A DNA stretch of 63,990 nt, counting the filler, from Dirinaria sp. TL-2023a (lineage: Eukaryota), in assembly GCA_051941275.1 (NCBI GenBank). It is 7 parts of 7 records of this genome, joined end to end, with 100 filler letters (N's around TTAATTAATTAA, not from the genome) between each part and the next. Parts side by side here need not be neighbours in the genome. Positions count along the whole stretch, not along the records: positions 18,708 to 27,940 come from JAVEBF010001077.1; positions 28,041 to 37,272 come from JAVEBF010001078.1; 5 more parts are not named here. One strand, 5' to 3'. Below are positions 24,600 to 36,023 of the stretch, one piece after another (position 1 is the stretch's first letter; every line of letters starts with the position of its first letter). The position numbers were made by a program, and so were the translations under genes. The notes under the pieces were generated by a model, which saw nothing but the letters and a program-made list of their open reading frames with translations, had not been told where the DNA came from and searched no databases.

Positions 24600-25877
24600 C
24601 TACGACCTCTCGCCGAGCAACCGCTTGCTCTCATCCACCCATGTCTCGCTAGTCCACCTATTGTCTTTTTTTCTAACAGCTCCGCAGACAACTGCCTCAA
24701 CGACTCCAGCTTTTTTTACTCGAACCGCTTGTTCTCCGCTACGCGCGAATTCAGTGGGCTTGCCTTCTCTTGCCATGGTCAACTTCTGAACTTCCATCCT
24801 CGCACACGCATAGGGACTTTCTCCTATAGCAGCGAAAAGTAACGTCACACCAAGCGCATATATGTCTGCTTCCAGTGTCGGCAAGGTAGGTATTCCACGC
24901 GAAGTAAGGGAAGAGAGCAGCTCGGGGGCCGAATAGTCAGGTGTCAAGGCTGTGATCTCGGCGGTGTTGTCGGAGGTGATGGCTGAGGAAGAGAAGTCAC
25001 AGTATACTGGCTCATGGCCCGAGTCTGTGCAACGCAATAATATATTGGCAGGTTTCACGTCCCCGTGTATGCAATCATGCTGATGCAGGAACGCAAGCCC
25101 AGATATTAGATGCCTTGCCAAATCCCTCCACTCCCCAAGGCCCATCACGGGGTCGAACATCGTTTGTGCCGACAGATTGGACTTCGCATTCGCAGCGCAG
25201 CTTTTCGCGTACGCATTGAGATTGAGAGGGATCGGTTCGAGAAGTATGGAGTGCGCTGGGCCATCATAGCCATGAAAAGGGACAATAAATTTCTTCGTAC
25301 CGGGGAATGAATGTAGGTACGTGAGAATTCTAGCTTCGTGGTCGAGGATTTTGTACGCATCGCGGCGGGCTGGAGCTTTCAGTGCGAAGAAGCACGGCCT
25401 TTGAGGGGATTCCGAGCCGGCCCTATTGAGGGGTGAATTTGGTGGTGTTGGAGGAGCTGAAGAAGGCGAAGCGACGGTATGTGCACAGTGAACGATGGAC
25501 CAGACGCCGCGACCGTACTCGGCGCCGGAGGCATTGTGGGACTGAAGTTTGTAGGACTGGGTGGTGGCCTGAGGTATTGTTGCTTCCCAGGTGGTTATGT
25601 TCCCTGCGCCTTGTGGAGTCTCCGTTGAAGAAGAGTCTTGCGGGTCCTCTTCATGGACGCTGCTCAATGATATGCTGCCTGCGCTCGATGTCGAGTAACC
25701 ATGTCGCGGTCGTACCGGTGTGGCCGGAGGTGTTATGGGTTCGATGGATTTGAGCGCGTTCATCGTTTCGAGAGGAGAGCTAGGGGTGGCTATGGGCTGA
25801 AGGCGCTTGTTGAGGGGCATAGCTGGCAGACTTTGGAGTGGCCGACGAGGAGGCTCCGTCTTCTCGTGAGACTCCAT
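24600..25877 (-). CDS. Serine/threonine protein kinase (425 aa, single exon)
   Basis: YGRGVWSIV loop, ALK lysine, HEARIL helix C, HGDVKPANILL, DFS, YSAPE, DIYALG. Confidence 0.92.
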   Translation of the reverse strand: MESHEKTEPPRRPLQSLPAMPLNKRLQPIATPSSPLETMNALKSIEPITPPATPVRPRHGYSTSSAGSISLSSVHEEDPQDSSSTETPQGAGNITTWEATIPQATTQSYKLQSHNASGAEYGRGVWSIVHCAHTVASPSSAPPTPPNSPLNRAGSESPQRPCFFALKAPARRDAYKILDHEARILTYLHSFPGTKKFIVPFHGYDGPAHSILLEPIPLNLNAYAKSCAANAKSNLSAQTMFDPVMGLGEWRDLARHLISGLAFLHQHDCIHGDVKPANILLRCTDSGHEPVYCDFSSSAITSDNTAEITALTPDYSAPELLSSLTSRGIPTLPTLEADIYALGVTLLFAAIGESPYACARMEVQKLTMAREGKPTEFARSGEQAVRVKKAGVVEAVVCGAVRKKDNRWTSETWVDESKRLLGERS

Positions 25878-26115
25878 TGCGCTTGTTCTGCTCTTGAGAA
25901 ATGACGGGTTGGGTCAGACGGCACGCCGAATGTAGGTCTCCCAACCTAGATAGTAGAACATACGAGTCTCCTGTCGCGCATTATTTCAGATGGCAGTCTG
26001 CCAGTAAGGATGGAAGCGATAACATGTCGCGAGATGGATGTCTGGAGAAAGCGGGATCTCGATGGGCTTGAGAGTAAGAGAGAAGGGTATATTATTGCGG
26101 CAAGTGCGAGATGGA

Positions 26116-26149
26116 GCAGTAGCAGCAGCAGCAGCAGCAGCAGCAACAG
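26116..26149. repeat. (CAG)n microsatellite upstream of the kinase
   Basis: Read directly from the sequence. Confidence 0.85.
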
Positions 26150-27407
26150 TATCTGACAATCCGAGGGGGTTATTGAAAGCCTTGGCGAGCGTTGAGTTTC
26201 GGCCAGTCATCCATGCCGTGCACCACGTGGGCTGCCGATAAGGCAGCGCATGTTGTTGATGGCATTCCTAATCCAGATAGAGCGCGATCCTTTTCGGATA
26301 TTTGTGGCGATGAGATCCGGAATCTGGAACTCGCTGGCGTCGGCATGTTCTAGACTCTGATGCTGGATGGACAGATGAATGGCTGAGTTTCTATGCTACA
26401 AGATATCAGCAGTGTATCGAGAGATCACGCGCCTTGTTGTTTTTCTGGACGTAAAACGCCAGATAATTCAGCAGCGAAGAATGGTGACACCAGGTTTCAA
26501 AGACGCAGTCTCGCAAGCTTCGCATTATTTTTCGGAGAGAAACTGCCGCGAGCCAGTTCAGGTAGTGCAATTACTTTACCGCTTCTGGTGTACTATCGCG
26601 AGCCGCTTCTTCACTAGCCCGAGGGACCGACGACTCATCACTCAATCCTGAAGGATCAAGCTTCAGAGATAGTATCGGCAATATAATGCGCGTCTCTTAG
26701 GTAAGCAATTTCTTTGAGCCTTCAAACATTTTTCATTTTTGGTTTTGTTGTTTGTTCATAGGGCCAGCTAAAACTATGTCCACGAAGTATCTTCAGCTAG
26801 TCAACCATTGCTGGTTGAACATGGTCCTCGAGGACGCTGAACTTGGTATCCGCCAGTGTAACGGAGGGCAACTTTCATCACTATTCTATCGTTACGCGAA
26901 GATGATCTCAGGCAGTGAGGACCCATCAGTACAATATTGGATGGGAATCAGAACTCTTATGCCATCTCACCAAGCAACCATGCAAGACTATTGGCGTTTC
27001 GCGCAGTATTCGTAGCAGAAAGAAATTATTTAGGCTGGAGGCATTAAAATCTCTGCGAGAAATACGATGGATTCCAAGACGGGGTCCTTCTGTGAATATT
27101 GAGCACGATCGAATACACGCATGAATGATTACGATTCTAAATTCTAAAGCGGTCTTCTTGTCTCTGCCAACAAGTCTACAATGCCTCAGGAAACGCCTTC
27201 GAGCATCTTCATACGAGCGGGATCCAATTAGCTTGAGCATTCGCAAGGCGATAAGAAGAAGCTACCGGAAATATGACAGTACGAAAAGATTCTATGAACA
27301 CAGGCATGCTCTCGCACACCAGTTCGAAAAGGACTTTCGTGCTTTGGCTCAGCGTTTGAGCAATGAAAACGCACTGGGATCTGGACAGGAACACTGTTCA
27401 ACGCGGT

Positions 27408-27514
27408 ATTCGATTAATACTGAACCAAGGTACGTTTATTATTCCCTGATTTTAAGCCGATTCGATTAATACTGAACCAAGGTACGTTTGTTATTCCCTG
27501 ATTTTAAGCCGATT
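27408..27514. repeat. 52-bp tandem duplication (2 copies, 1 mismatch)
   Basis: CGATTAATACTGAACCAAGGTACGTTT(A/G)TTATTCCCTGATTTTAAGCCGATT at 27411 and 27463. Confidence 0.92.
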
Positions 27515-27940
27515 GGTTATCTCTATGCCAATTCCTCTTGGATCAATTCACAGTTTCATTACACACATGCTCAAGTACCAATCTTTATTCTACTGTGATC
27601 AATGAGCCAGGATAAAGTCGACCTTACGGCGGCGATTTCCAATCCGACCTTCAACAGTGCTCCCCAGCTTGCCGCCGGACGGTTCAAAATTTCACCTCCT
27701 TTTGTAGTCAACGCTCGGATTGAAGCTCATTTTGCAACTTTCATTTCCTAGTCCGGGGTTATAGTCTTTCTTTCGACGTATGCTTCATGTCGATCTGACC
27801 GCATGGAACGTAAATAGGCAGTGGATTGAGCTTCACGGCTTCATGAAGCTTAGCGAGTCATGGTAGGATGGGTCTCTTGTATGTACTCCGGGCCATCGCA
27901 GGGGGTTATTCGCATTTCACGAAACGGGGGCACATTGTGC

Positions 27941-28040
27941 NNNNNNNNNNNNNNNNNNNNNNNNNNNNNNNNNNNNNNNNNNNNTTAATTAATTAANNNN
28001 NNNNNNNNNNNNNNNNNNNNNNNNNNNNNNNNNNNNNNNN
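27941..28040. other. Artificial contig spacer
   Basis: 44 N + TTAATTAATTAA + 44 N. Confidence 0.99.
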
Positions 28041-28142
28041 TATATATATATATATAGTTTCCCCGAACCCAGGCCAACACGTGACCGCTGGCTGACTCAG
28101 GCCTCGCCGCTTTGCTCGCGCGCTAAGGCCCGTTTCGTCAAT

Positions 28143-28206
28143 ATGCTCCCTCGTTGCTCCCTCATGCTCCCTCATGCTCCCTCGATGCTCGCTCGTGCTC
28201 CCCCTC
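28143..28206. repeat. Six copies of a 10-11 bp repeat (ATGCTCCCTC) upstream of the captain
   Basis: Read directly from the sequence. Confidence 0.8.
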
Positions 28207-28546
28207 AGCCACTTCCTACTTTCTCGCCCTTCTTTCCGGCCGTTGCGTTCCTGCAACTTTAAACGAGAGCTTGTATTGGATGCTGGTCAAGAGGCTCCAT
28301 ATATGGCTTCACCCGCCGCCCACCATGGTACCCTCTCCTCTTGCCCTCTTACCCTCTTGTTCTTTTCTTTCCTTTCCTTTCAGTTCTATCTGCTTTGCGG
28401 TAACTCGTCAGGATACCAATTGTTCTGTTTTCCGAGTTCTCATCTTATATCTACTCTACATATAACCTGTTCTCCTCGCTCTATACGTCTTAATCGTCAC
28501 TTGTGCTTTGGGTTTTAAGTTCCTTCTCGCTTTCATCTTGTTTACA

Positions 28547-31500
28547 ATGGCGAAAAAGAAGAGAACTGCTGCGCAGTTCTTCGATGATGCGAAAACGCAT
28601 GACTTAGAGCCCTTGATAAAGACCGATCTGAACAGCGACAAGGTCTCCAAGCATCTTGAATCTGGCACCGAAATAAATTACAGCCGAATGTTAGTCCTTT
28701 GAGATGAGTCAGTCTTCATGTCTTTCCTTATCATCGCAAAATTTATTTTGAATCCTTGTTGACCGTGTCCTGTCTCGATAAAATAGATACGAGAGAAGAA
28801 ACCCTGAAGTCACACCGTACGATAGAAAGACGGCAAAACACTTTATAGAGGGTGTCGTCCGCGGCTGCTGTGCCGATAAGAAGGAATCGTCCATGTATAC
28901 TATGCTTCAGAAATGAACAGACTTCGGCGCTGATTGAAAACGTCGACCCGAGAACGACAAGATCTCTCCTGAAGTATCCGAATTCATCTACTTTGTTCGT
29001 GTCTCTATCTACTCTTGTCTCCATTTGCGAGGTCTAACGATCTCCCCAGTATATACAAATCGAGTTGCGGAAGAAATTCGGACTTTCGATCACTCGACGA
29101 ACCCGACACTTTATGACGATGAATCACTTCGTCATTGTCATCAAGCACATGTGAGCGAAGAACTGACATCAATACAGGCATGAACGGATCCTCGTCCAAG
29201 ATCACGCTGTCTATATGCTTTTCATCTATTCGTCGACGCGAGTGAGCGAGTATTTCGAATTCAATATGCGCAGAGACTCCGGTCGTGAATTGCTGTACGA
29301 GGTGAGTGGGTGAACTACAGAGCACTATCGATTAAGGACGAGTCTAGAGCTTCTACTTACATTTTGAACAGATCATTGACTTCGTCGTCTTCAAGAATGA
29401 AAAAGAAAAGGCAGAGATTGAGATGCGAGTCACACGGGACGCCAAAGGCTTTTCCGAGACGCCGCATAAAAGGTTGCTTCACTGTTTGACGCTTCGGGAT
29501 CGTGCTCACGAGCAACCTTTGCTGACTGTTCCGATGCAATTCTAGGCCACAGCATGGCATGTATGAGGATATGAAGCCGCTGTTTGCGAACCCGATACTG
29601 CCCTTGCTGGCAATCGCCTTGGCGGATCGTGCCTTCCAGAACTATGCGACTTTCGAAGAGATCGAAGAGATTCCCCCGCCTGCGGATGAGTCCTTACACC
29701 ACCTGCGAATCAAGAAGGACATGCTCCGTGTACCTTTCTTCCGAATAGTATCCATCGACGAACCCACGAGAAAGATTCAGGGAGCGGGCTCGTTCAGCAA
29801 TCGAACAGTGAATCTGAGTCATCGTGCCGAGTACGAGAAAAACATCGAGATACATGATATTCGAAGGAAAGCCCTCGTCAAGACTGATGATAAGTTCTCG
29901 AGAGGGACATCTCTGATGAGGCACGCTGACTCCGCTAAGATGACGAGTACTTCATTGCCGAGAGGATGAAATTCGCAGATCATAACAACGCAGATACCTT
30001 CTTCGACTCATACGCGTCGAAGCTGAGTACGATCGACGGTATGACAAGCTACTGAAATAAGAAACGTCGCACCGTTCATCTGAAAGGCTTTCGCGATCTA
30101 TCGCTCCATCATCATCCTCAGCTGCTGCAATCCCTTCTCGCGAAAGTGAAAGCGGACCTCGATAACTGTTCCGAGTTCATCTTCGTCAACAAGAAGATCG
30201 AAATGCTGAGAAAGAAACTCCGAGGCATCAAAACAGAAGATGAAGCCCAGCCCGCTCGGGCTCGACGAGAGGAATTGTATTGGCGGAAGCGCCAGCTCGT
30301 GGTCGAGGAGCTCAGCAAATGACAGCAGATTCAATCACGTAAGATTGCCTCAGACATCGTAGATGAAGCATCTCAAGTCGCGAGTCTCCCAAACTACTTC
30401 AACCGCATTCGCCGTTTCGATTCGCCGCGTGATCGATTGACATCTTCGCTCTTTCTCAACGCTTCTCTCCGCAGCGTGCAAGGCCGTAGCGCACTTCAGA
30501 ATATGATCACGTTATGTGAAGAGAACCCGCGGGTAGCTTATCGTCTAAGTTCGCGGCCGGAAAACGATCGTTGCCCGATACCTCAATGTGCACGGGATAT
30601 GAATCGGTTTGTCTACTTTTCCTTTCTAGTTTCCCACATCATTGATTGTTGATGCTTGACTGACTAAATATTCTTCGATTTTACAGAATCAATCTTGCTG
30701 ATAGGTGAGAACATATTTATCGTTGCCGTAAGAGCGACCTTGAAAGGAAACACGGCTTTGCCGAGCTTTGTTTTCAATGCGACGAGTGAATCACCGCTGC
30801 GGCCGAATGATTTGAGCACTGTCAACGTCACCTCAACGACCTCGACACACTCTCAGTTCAATGCAACCCACTTGTCTTCCGCCGAACCCTTGCTATCGCC
30901 GAGCAATGTCTGTTTTGTCTCTTCGATCTAAAACTCTCATCAACGAAACGTTTCCATCAGTTCTTGATCAAGCAAAGCTGAAGAGAGCATCTGCAGAAAC
31001 ATTTCTGGCAATTAGAAAACATGTACAGTCGATTCATAGAGACCGGTGAAAGCAAGGCAGTTTCATGTCCTGATCCGCGCTGTGCACTTTCGTTCGACTC
31101 GATTCAAGATCTTCAGTGTCACTGTCAGAATGTACACTGCATTGAGCGAGTCAAGCTCGACCCGATCAAAAGACGTCGCCGAACACCTCAGTCTTCGCTG
31201 AATGTGAAGACTTTATTCGGCGTGGGCATCAAGCTGAAATACCGTTGTGACCTCGTAAGAGAGAAAAGTCCTTTTAAGAATGTCAATAAATCTATGAATT
31301 CGTCAACGCTCGAGCCAATTGATGTTGATGTGATCGTTGCCACAGAATCAGTGAGACTGAACGAGAGAAACAGCGTCACTCGACGCTGCTCTCTTCCTTC
31401 AATCGACACGATAGCAAGCCAAGACAGACAAAATTCGTTCACAGCAACTTTCACACATTCGGAAACCTCGCTTTCGATGACTGATTGGACCTCGGACGAG

Positions 31501-31620
31501 GCCGCATATAATAAGCTGACGCCGACATCGTCAGTCTTCTTCGACCTTTCACTTTCAATCGACCCAAGACTCCTCGACGAATCCCATCAGTTGACTCCGG
31601 TTCCGCAGCCGAAGAGCTAG
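28547..31620 (+). pseudogene. Starship captain: DUF3435 tyrosine recombinase with C-terminal Cys/His zinc-finger-like region, multi-exon
   Basis: Spliced frame gives SSTRVSEY (catalytic R), HGMYED..PLFANPILPLLAIALADRAF, HDIRR (HxxR), FADH (FAGH-like), SYAS (Tyr), then CFQC..HCQRH, CLFC..H..H and CPDPRC..HCQNVH; 11 in-frame TGA and a GT>AT donor change at 29890. Confidence 0.85.
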
Positions 31621-32131
31621 CAATAAAAGGCTACTCCAGTTCTCTAAGTATCGTTGCGCGCTTGAAGTGCTTTGTAGGGTCCATGAAGAGCTGAATGAGA
31701 CTTGTAATATGAACTTGATCCTGATCAGATTGAACCAGATAGCAAATCGATCATGTTGCATTTGATGCATATTTTTCAATCTTCACTTCTACATAAAGAG
31801 TATGCTTTCTACAAAGCAAGTCGTTGCCTCAAATACTGTGCTCTTGGGCTATATAGCCTCAATTTAACTCCCAATGACAGCGATCCTTGACATGGATTGA
31901 AACAGTCCTCCAAATAATAAAGGGGCAGATATTGACCTCCGTGCCCCCGAGCCCCCGATTGAGGGCTCCAATTTTGGCTGCCTAAGAGAGGGTGCCAAAA
32001 CTGACGCTCTATGAGAGTGAAAAGCTTTTGAAGTCCCACTTGGCCTCTTTTCATCCCCGGATTCCTTACACTCTGAGATTGAGATTACTGAAACGATATT
32101 GGATGTTCATCATACGAAAGACTTGTCACAA

Positions 32132-32883
32132 AATGACTTCCCGTCGATCCAATAACGTGAAACGCACGAAATGAAGTAGAAAGTGCAGAGAGATACTATC
32201 AGCTCATATTTGTAAGAGCCATGATTCTAGTGATCAAGCTTTTGCTAACAAGAGCTAAGATAATAGACTGGGAATCGCGATTGAAGCCTCACAGATGCGG
32301 CTCAAAACTAATGCGAATGACCCTTATACGTGGGAAAGAATGAAAGAAAAAGAGCACCTGTTCTCCAAAAATCTAAGTGACCTTTCGTCTGACCAGCTTA
32401 AGGATTTGTGTGACGATGTCGATAAATCGTTCGTAGCCATTCATAAGGCCCCAGTCCAATCGCTACCTCAGACACAGAATAAGGAAGCATCTGTATACAC
32501 TAATCATCCTCCTCTATGCAACGTATAGCTGACTGCTCAATAAGTTTCTCGAACTTCCTAGATCGAAAGTTAGCTTTGCGGCAAAGATTGACGAACTCCA
32601 TCAAGACAACGTCAGATTAGCTCGCGATATTAGGAAATGGGAATGCGAGACTGCTATAGAATCGAAAAGAAGACAGAAAGCTGAATTGAAGGTCAGTCAG
32701 TTAAGAGTTATCATTCGGCAGCTCCACATGAATAACGAAAAACTCGAGAAGCACATAAGTGAGTGAAAATCAATAGCAGAGGAATCTAAGAGCAAGGCAG
32801 TCAAATACTGCAGAGAAATGAGCAAGGTTTTTGTAGTACTGAAGGAGATTAAGTGTGAGCTAGCTAGCACCTGCACCAAATAG
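32132..32883 (+). pseudogene. Coiled-coil cargo gene, decayed
   Basis: MTSRRSNNVKRTK*..., ORF 32295-32528, and a heptad-rich last exon KVSFAAKIDELHQDNVRLARDIRKWE...HISE*KSIAEES...CTK*; TGA stops. Confidence 0.5.
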
Positions 32884-33251
32884 CATCCCAGATAGCACCC
32901 GTTGTTACGCTGACAAATGTGAGCCAAGGAGATCTGTGTTTCCCATTAAAAGCTGCATTTCAGACGTATTATTTCCTGTAAGTCTTCTATAAGAATACGT
33001 TTTCGTGTTATTCTGAAAACTCTTCTCGTCTTTTGTTCAAAAATTTGCCGCCCAAATCTTATAAACAATCTAACGGCATTAAATGAGAGGTTGCGATGCT
33101 TAATCGATGATTATTTACAAGCAACGCAATTCTCTAATAAATACCTTCCGCTTCTCTTTTCGATGATGGTTACAATCATAATGATGACCGATTCTCTGAA
33201 CTTCTCCCTTGCTCAAATATGCATGCTACCCTCACTGCTTATGACTCCAGC

Positions 33252-33306
33252 TCCACTTGACTCATTCACTTCTGACTCATCCACTTCTGACTCATCCACT
33301 TCTGAC
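33252..33306. repeat. 15-bp tandem repeat (TCCACTTCTGACTCA); may encode SEVDE repeats of a decayed minus-strand gene
   Basis: About 3.5 copies read directly. Confidence 0.7.
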
Positions 33307-33896
33307 GTCCCTTCCCTACCATAGCTCACTATCTAATTTTGGATTCCCCAGCCATGTCAAAGTCTCAATCAGCTTTCTATCCCAGCATCTAAATCGATTA
33401 TGATGGACTTGCGACGATGATTTGCAACTACGGTTGGTGATTGAGCAAGGTCTGCAATCTATTAAGTCAAGCAAGCGGCAATACGTCTTATTGGAAAACG
33501 GTTTGATACTATCAACCTAAGGAGCCGTAATGACAGATAGTTCTAACATGAAAGTGTAAAGCGAAACGCGAGATACCGAACGAAAGACAGCGTTCGTCAG
33601 AAAATGTTGCTCCGAACGAGTGATGATAGTCACGAGATGTTGCTGTAAAGTAGAAATGAGTGTCACTTAAAGAAGTGTTTTAAGAGTGCTTTTAATGAGA
33701 GATATAGCCGCTTGATCCTCCATGTAATTTCTCTTGAACTAGATCGCTGCAAAAAAGATGTTATTGAGATCGATGTCGATTTTGATACGATTCTGAAATT
33801 GTCGAGACTTGGATATTGATGCTAAACTGAGATTAGTCTGTTTAGTTTGAGTCGACGACTAGATTTCCAAACCTTCTTCTAATTCGCATTTGTTTT

Positions 33897-36023
33897 TTAT
33901 GCAGTCACAGACGTTGCCGATTGTCGCTGATATTGCTGAATAGTCTGTTGAACCGCGCTGACAATCATTGCCTGAACTGCGGCGGACGAAATCATATCAG
34001 CCTGATTTGATTGAGCAACTCCTGACTGAGTCGTTTCTGATTGACTGATTCCTGACTGAGTGACTCCTTGAGTGACTGCTGGCTGGGTAACTGCTGATTG
34101 GGTGACTCCTTGGGTAACTCCTTGAGTGGCTCCTTGAGTGGCGCCTTGAGTGACCGCTGGTTGAGTAATGGCTGGCTGACCGACTACTGCTTGGGCGATA
34201 CCTGGTTGAGCAAACCCTGATTGAGCAATTCCTGATTGAAGGACTCCTGGTTGATCGACTGTAGTCTGAGCTGCTTTTGTCACTTTGAATTGATCGTTCT
34301 TAATCCGCTGCATCGCTTTCATTTCTTCATTCAAGAGTCCAGCTTCTGTCTGTGACATTATGAGAACTCTTCGTCCTTCGAACTTCATCATTTTGCGATA
34401 TGATAAATGATTTTGTAGATCTTGATCAACCCGTGCCTGACCAGCTAAGCGAATAAGATCACTACGCGACATGAGCGTGTCTTTCAATTCTTCCAGCCAC
34501 TCCACCATCATAGTAATCCGGGGATACTGCCCAGTCCCCGATGTTATGGCATCGTCGACCGACATAGCAATTCAACGCATGCTCTTGTATCGATGTTTAT
34601 GTTGAGTGATGAATTCTTTTGTCGATTTCTGAACGAAAGAAATATCCTCGAACTTTAAATCGCCACACAGTTGCGTCGACTTCCACACATGCAATCCTGA
34701 TTTCTTCTCGACTAGAAATTGAAAGTTCTTAAAGACTTGACGCTTGGATAGGATCGACTCGCCGTCCAAAGTCAGTTTGTTCATGGCCTCACTTATCGCT
34801 GTGTCGCCATTGGTCGCAGATTCTGCATTAGCAGTTGGATCTGCTGCATCCTTCATGTTCGTGTCCTCGCCATTGTCAGTATCATTCGCATTGCCAGTGT
34901 CAGATTCAACAGCAGCATCATTACCAGTGCTGAATTCAGTAGCAGCATCAATATCAGTGTCGAATTCAGTGCCAGCGCCAGAACTATTACCAGTATCATC
35001 AGCAGAACTAGATCCGGGTTCCTCGACTTCTGAAAGTCATGCAGACTCCTTAGTGATATCAGCATATTGCCAAGCCCACGTGTCAGACAAGCCACGGTCA
35101 TTGCAGAATTCCTGAGTTGCGACGCAGAGAGTCTGAAAGATGGCGGCCAGCTCCTTTTTTTGTTCAGGGTCGGTCGTGTCTTTATACGTCTTCCTCAGTG
35201 CTTGCGTGTTTTGATACTTGTCTTGAAGGTACTTCAGAGGAAATTTTCCGCGACCTGGATTGTAACCTTTCTCTTTATTGTGGGCTTCGATATCGCTATT
35301 CATCTTCTTTACAAAAGCGAGCGCTTTCTGATTGAAAGATTCAATTTGCAGTCGGCGGATGCTTTCTACGAAGGGCGTTGTATTCCAAAATCTTTTATGT
35401 GATTGCTTGAGCCTTTCTATTTCCTCCGATGTGTCAGTGGAAAGGTCGAATTTATCTCGAGCTTCATTTAAAACTGTTTTGTGATCAGTTTTCCTGTCTT
35501 TGATTAGAATTCTTTGCTTACTTGAGTGCGCCTTTGTGGCCTTTTCCTTCCAGTCTGAAGTCTGCTTATCGGGATGAGTCAGAAGAGCAAGTTGCCTATA
35601 GACTTGCGTCATTGCAGCTTTGTCCGCATGATGGAATTGTTCAAGCGCCTCGTCGAGGCCATCATCGATGATTCGATCGATTTCATAATGCTGTTGCTCG
35701 CGAAGCTGATTTTGACTCAAATCTTCGATGGGGCCGAGCGATTCAAGGGCGACTTTTCCCCCTTTGACAGATGACCTTGTTTGTCGTGTGATACCAGAGG
35801 GTTGACCGGACTCTTGGTTTGCGATACTGAAACTCCCACTTGCGGCATTGTTGAAGGTGCCACCTGCATTATTGTTGGCATTTCCGCTTGACGCATCATT
35901 CGTCGAACCCTGTGCATTACTGTTCGTGACCGCATTGCCGTTGGGGGTTCCGGCTGAGATACCCGATGTGCTTGGAAGGGTAGGGTACTGAACACTATCG
36001 TTGTTCGGGGGTGTTGAGCTCAT
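33897..36023 (-). pseudogene. J-domain (HPD) cargo protein with acidic linker and Gln-rich short repeats; two in-frame TGA
   Basis: ORFs 35037-36038, 34572-34856 and 33897-34565 are one frame; YRQLALLTHPDK, 48-nt GTAAGC..ACAG intron, then ILNEARD; C-terminal Q-[P/S/G]-x-x-(x) repeats. Confidence 0.75.

Noticed and set aside
1774..25877. Biosynthetic cluster made of FPGS, membrane protein, P450 and kinase
   Set aside because: The genes lie on three unlinked contigs and no backbone synthase is present.
27408..27514. CRISPR-like array (also considered for 59304-59660)
   Set aside because: Head-to-tail repeats without unique spacers, no cas genes, eukaryotic context.
28547..36023. UGA recoded as Trp (alternative genetic code) in the Starship genes
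   Set aside because: Stops come with motif-destroying Gly/Pro substitutions and a broken splice donor, TGG codons persist, and core genes (CEG1, EMP24, SNF5) end in TGA; mutation explains this better.
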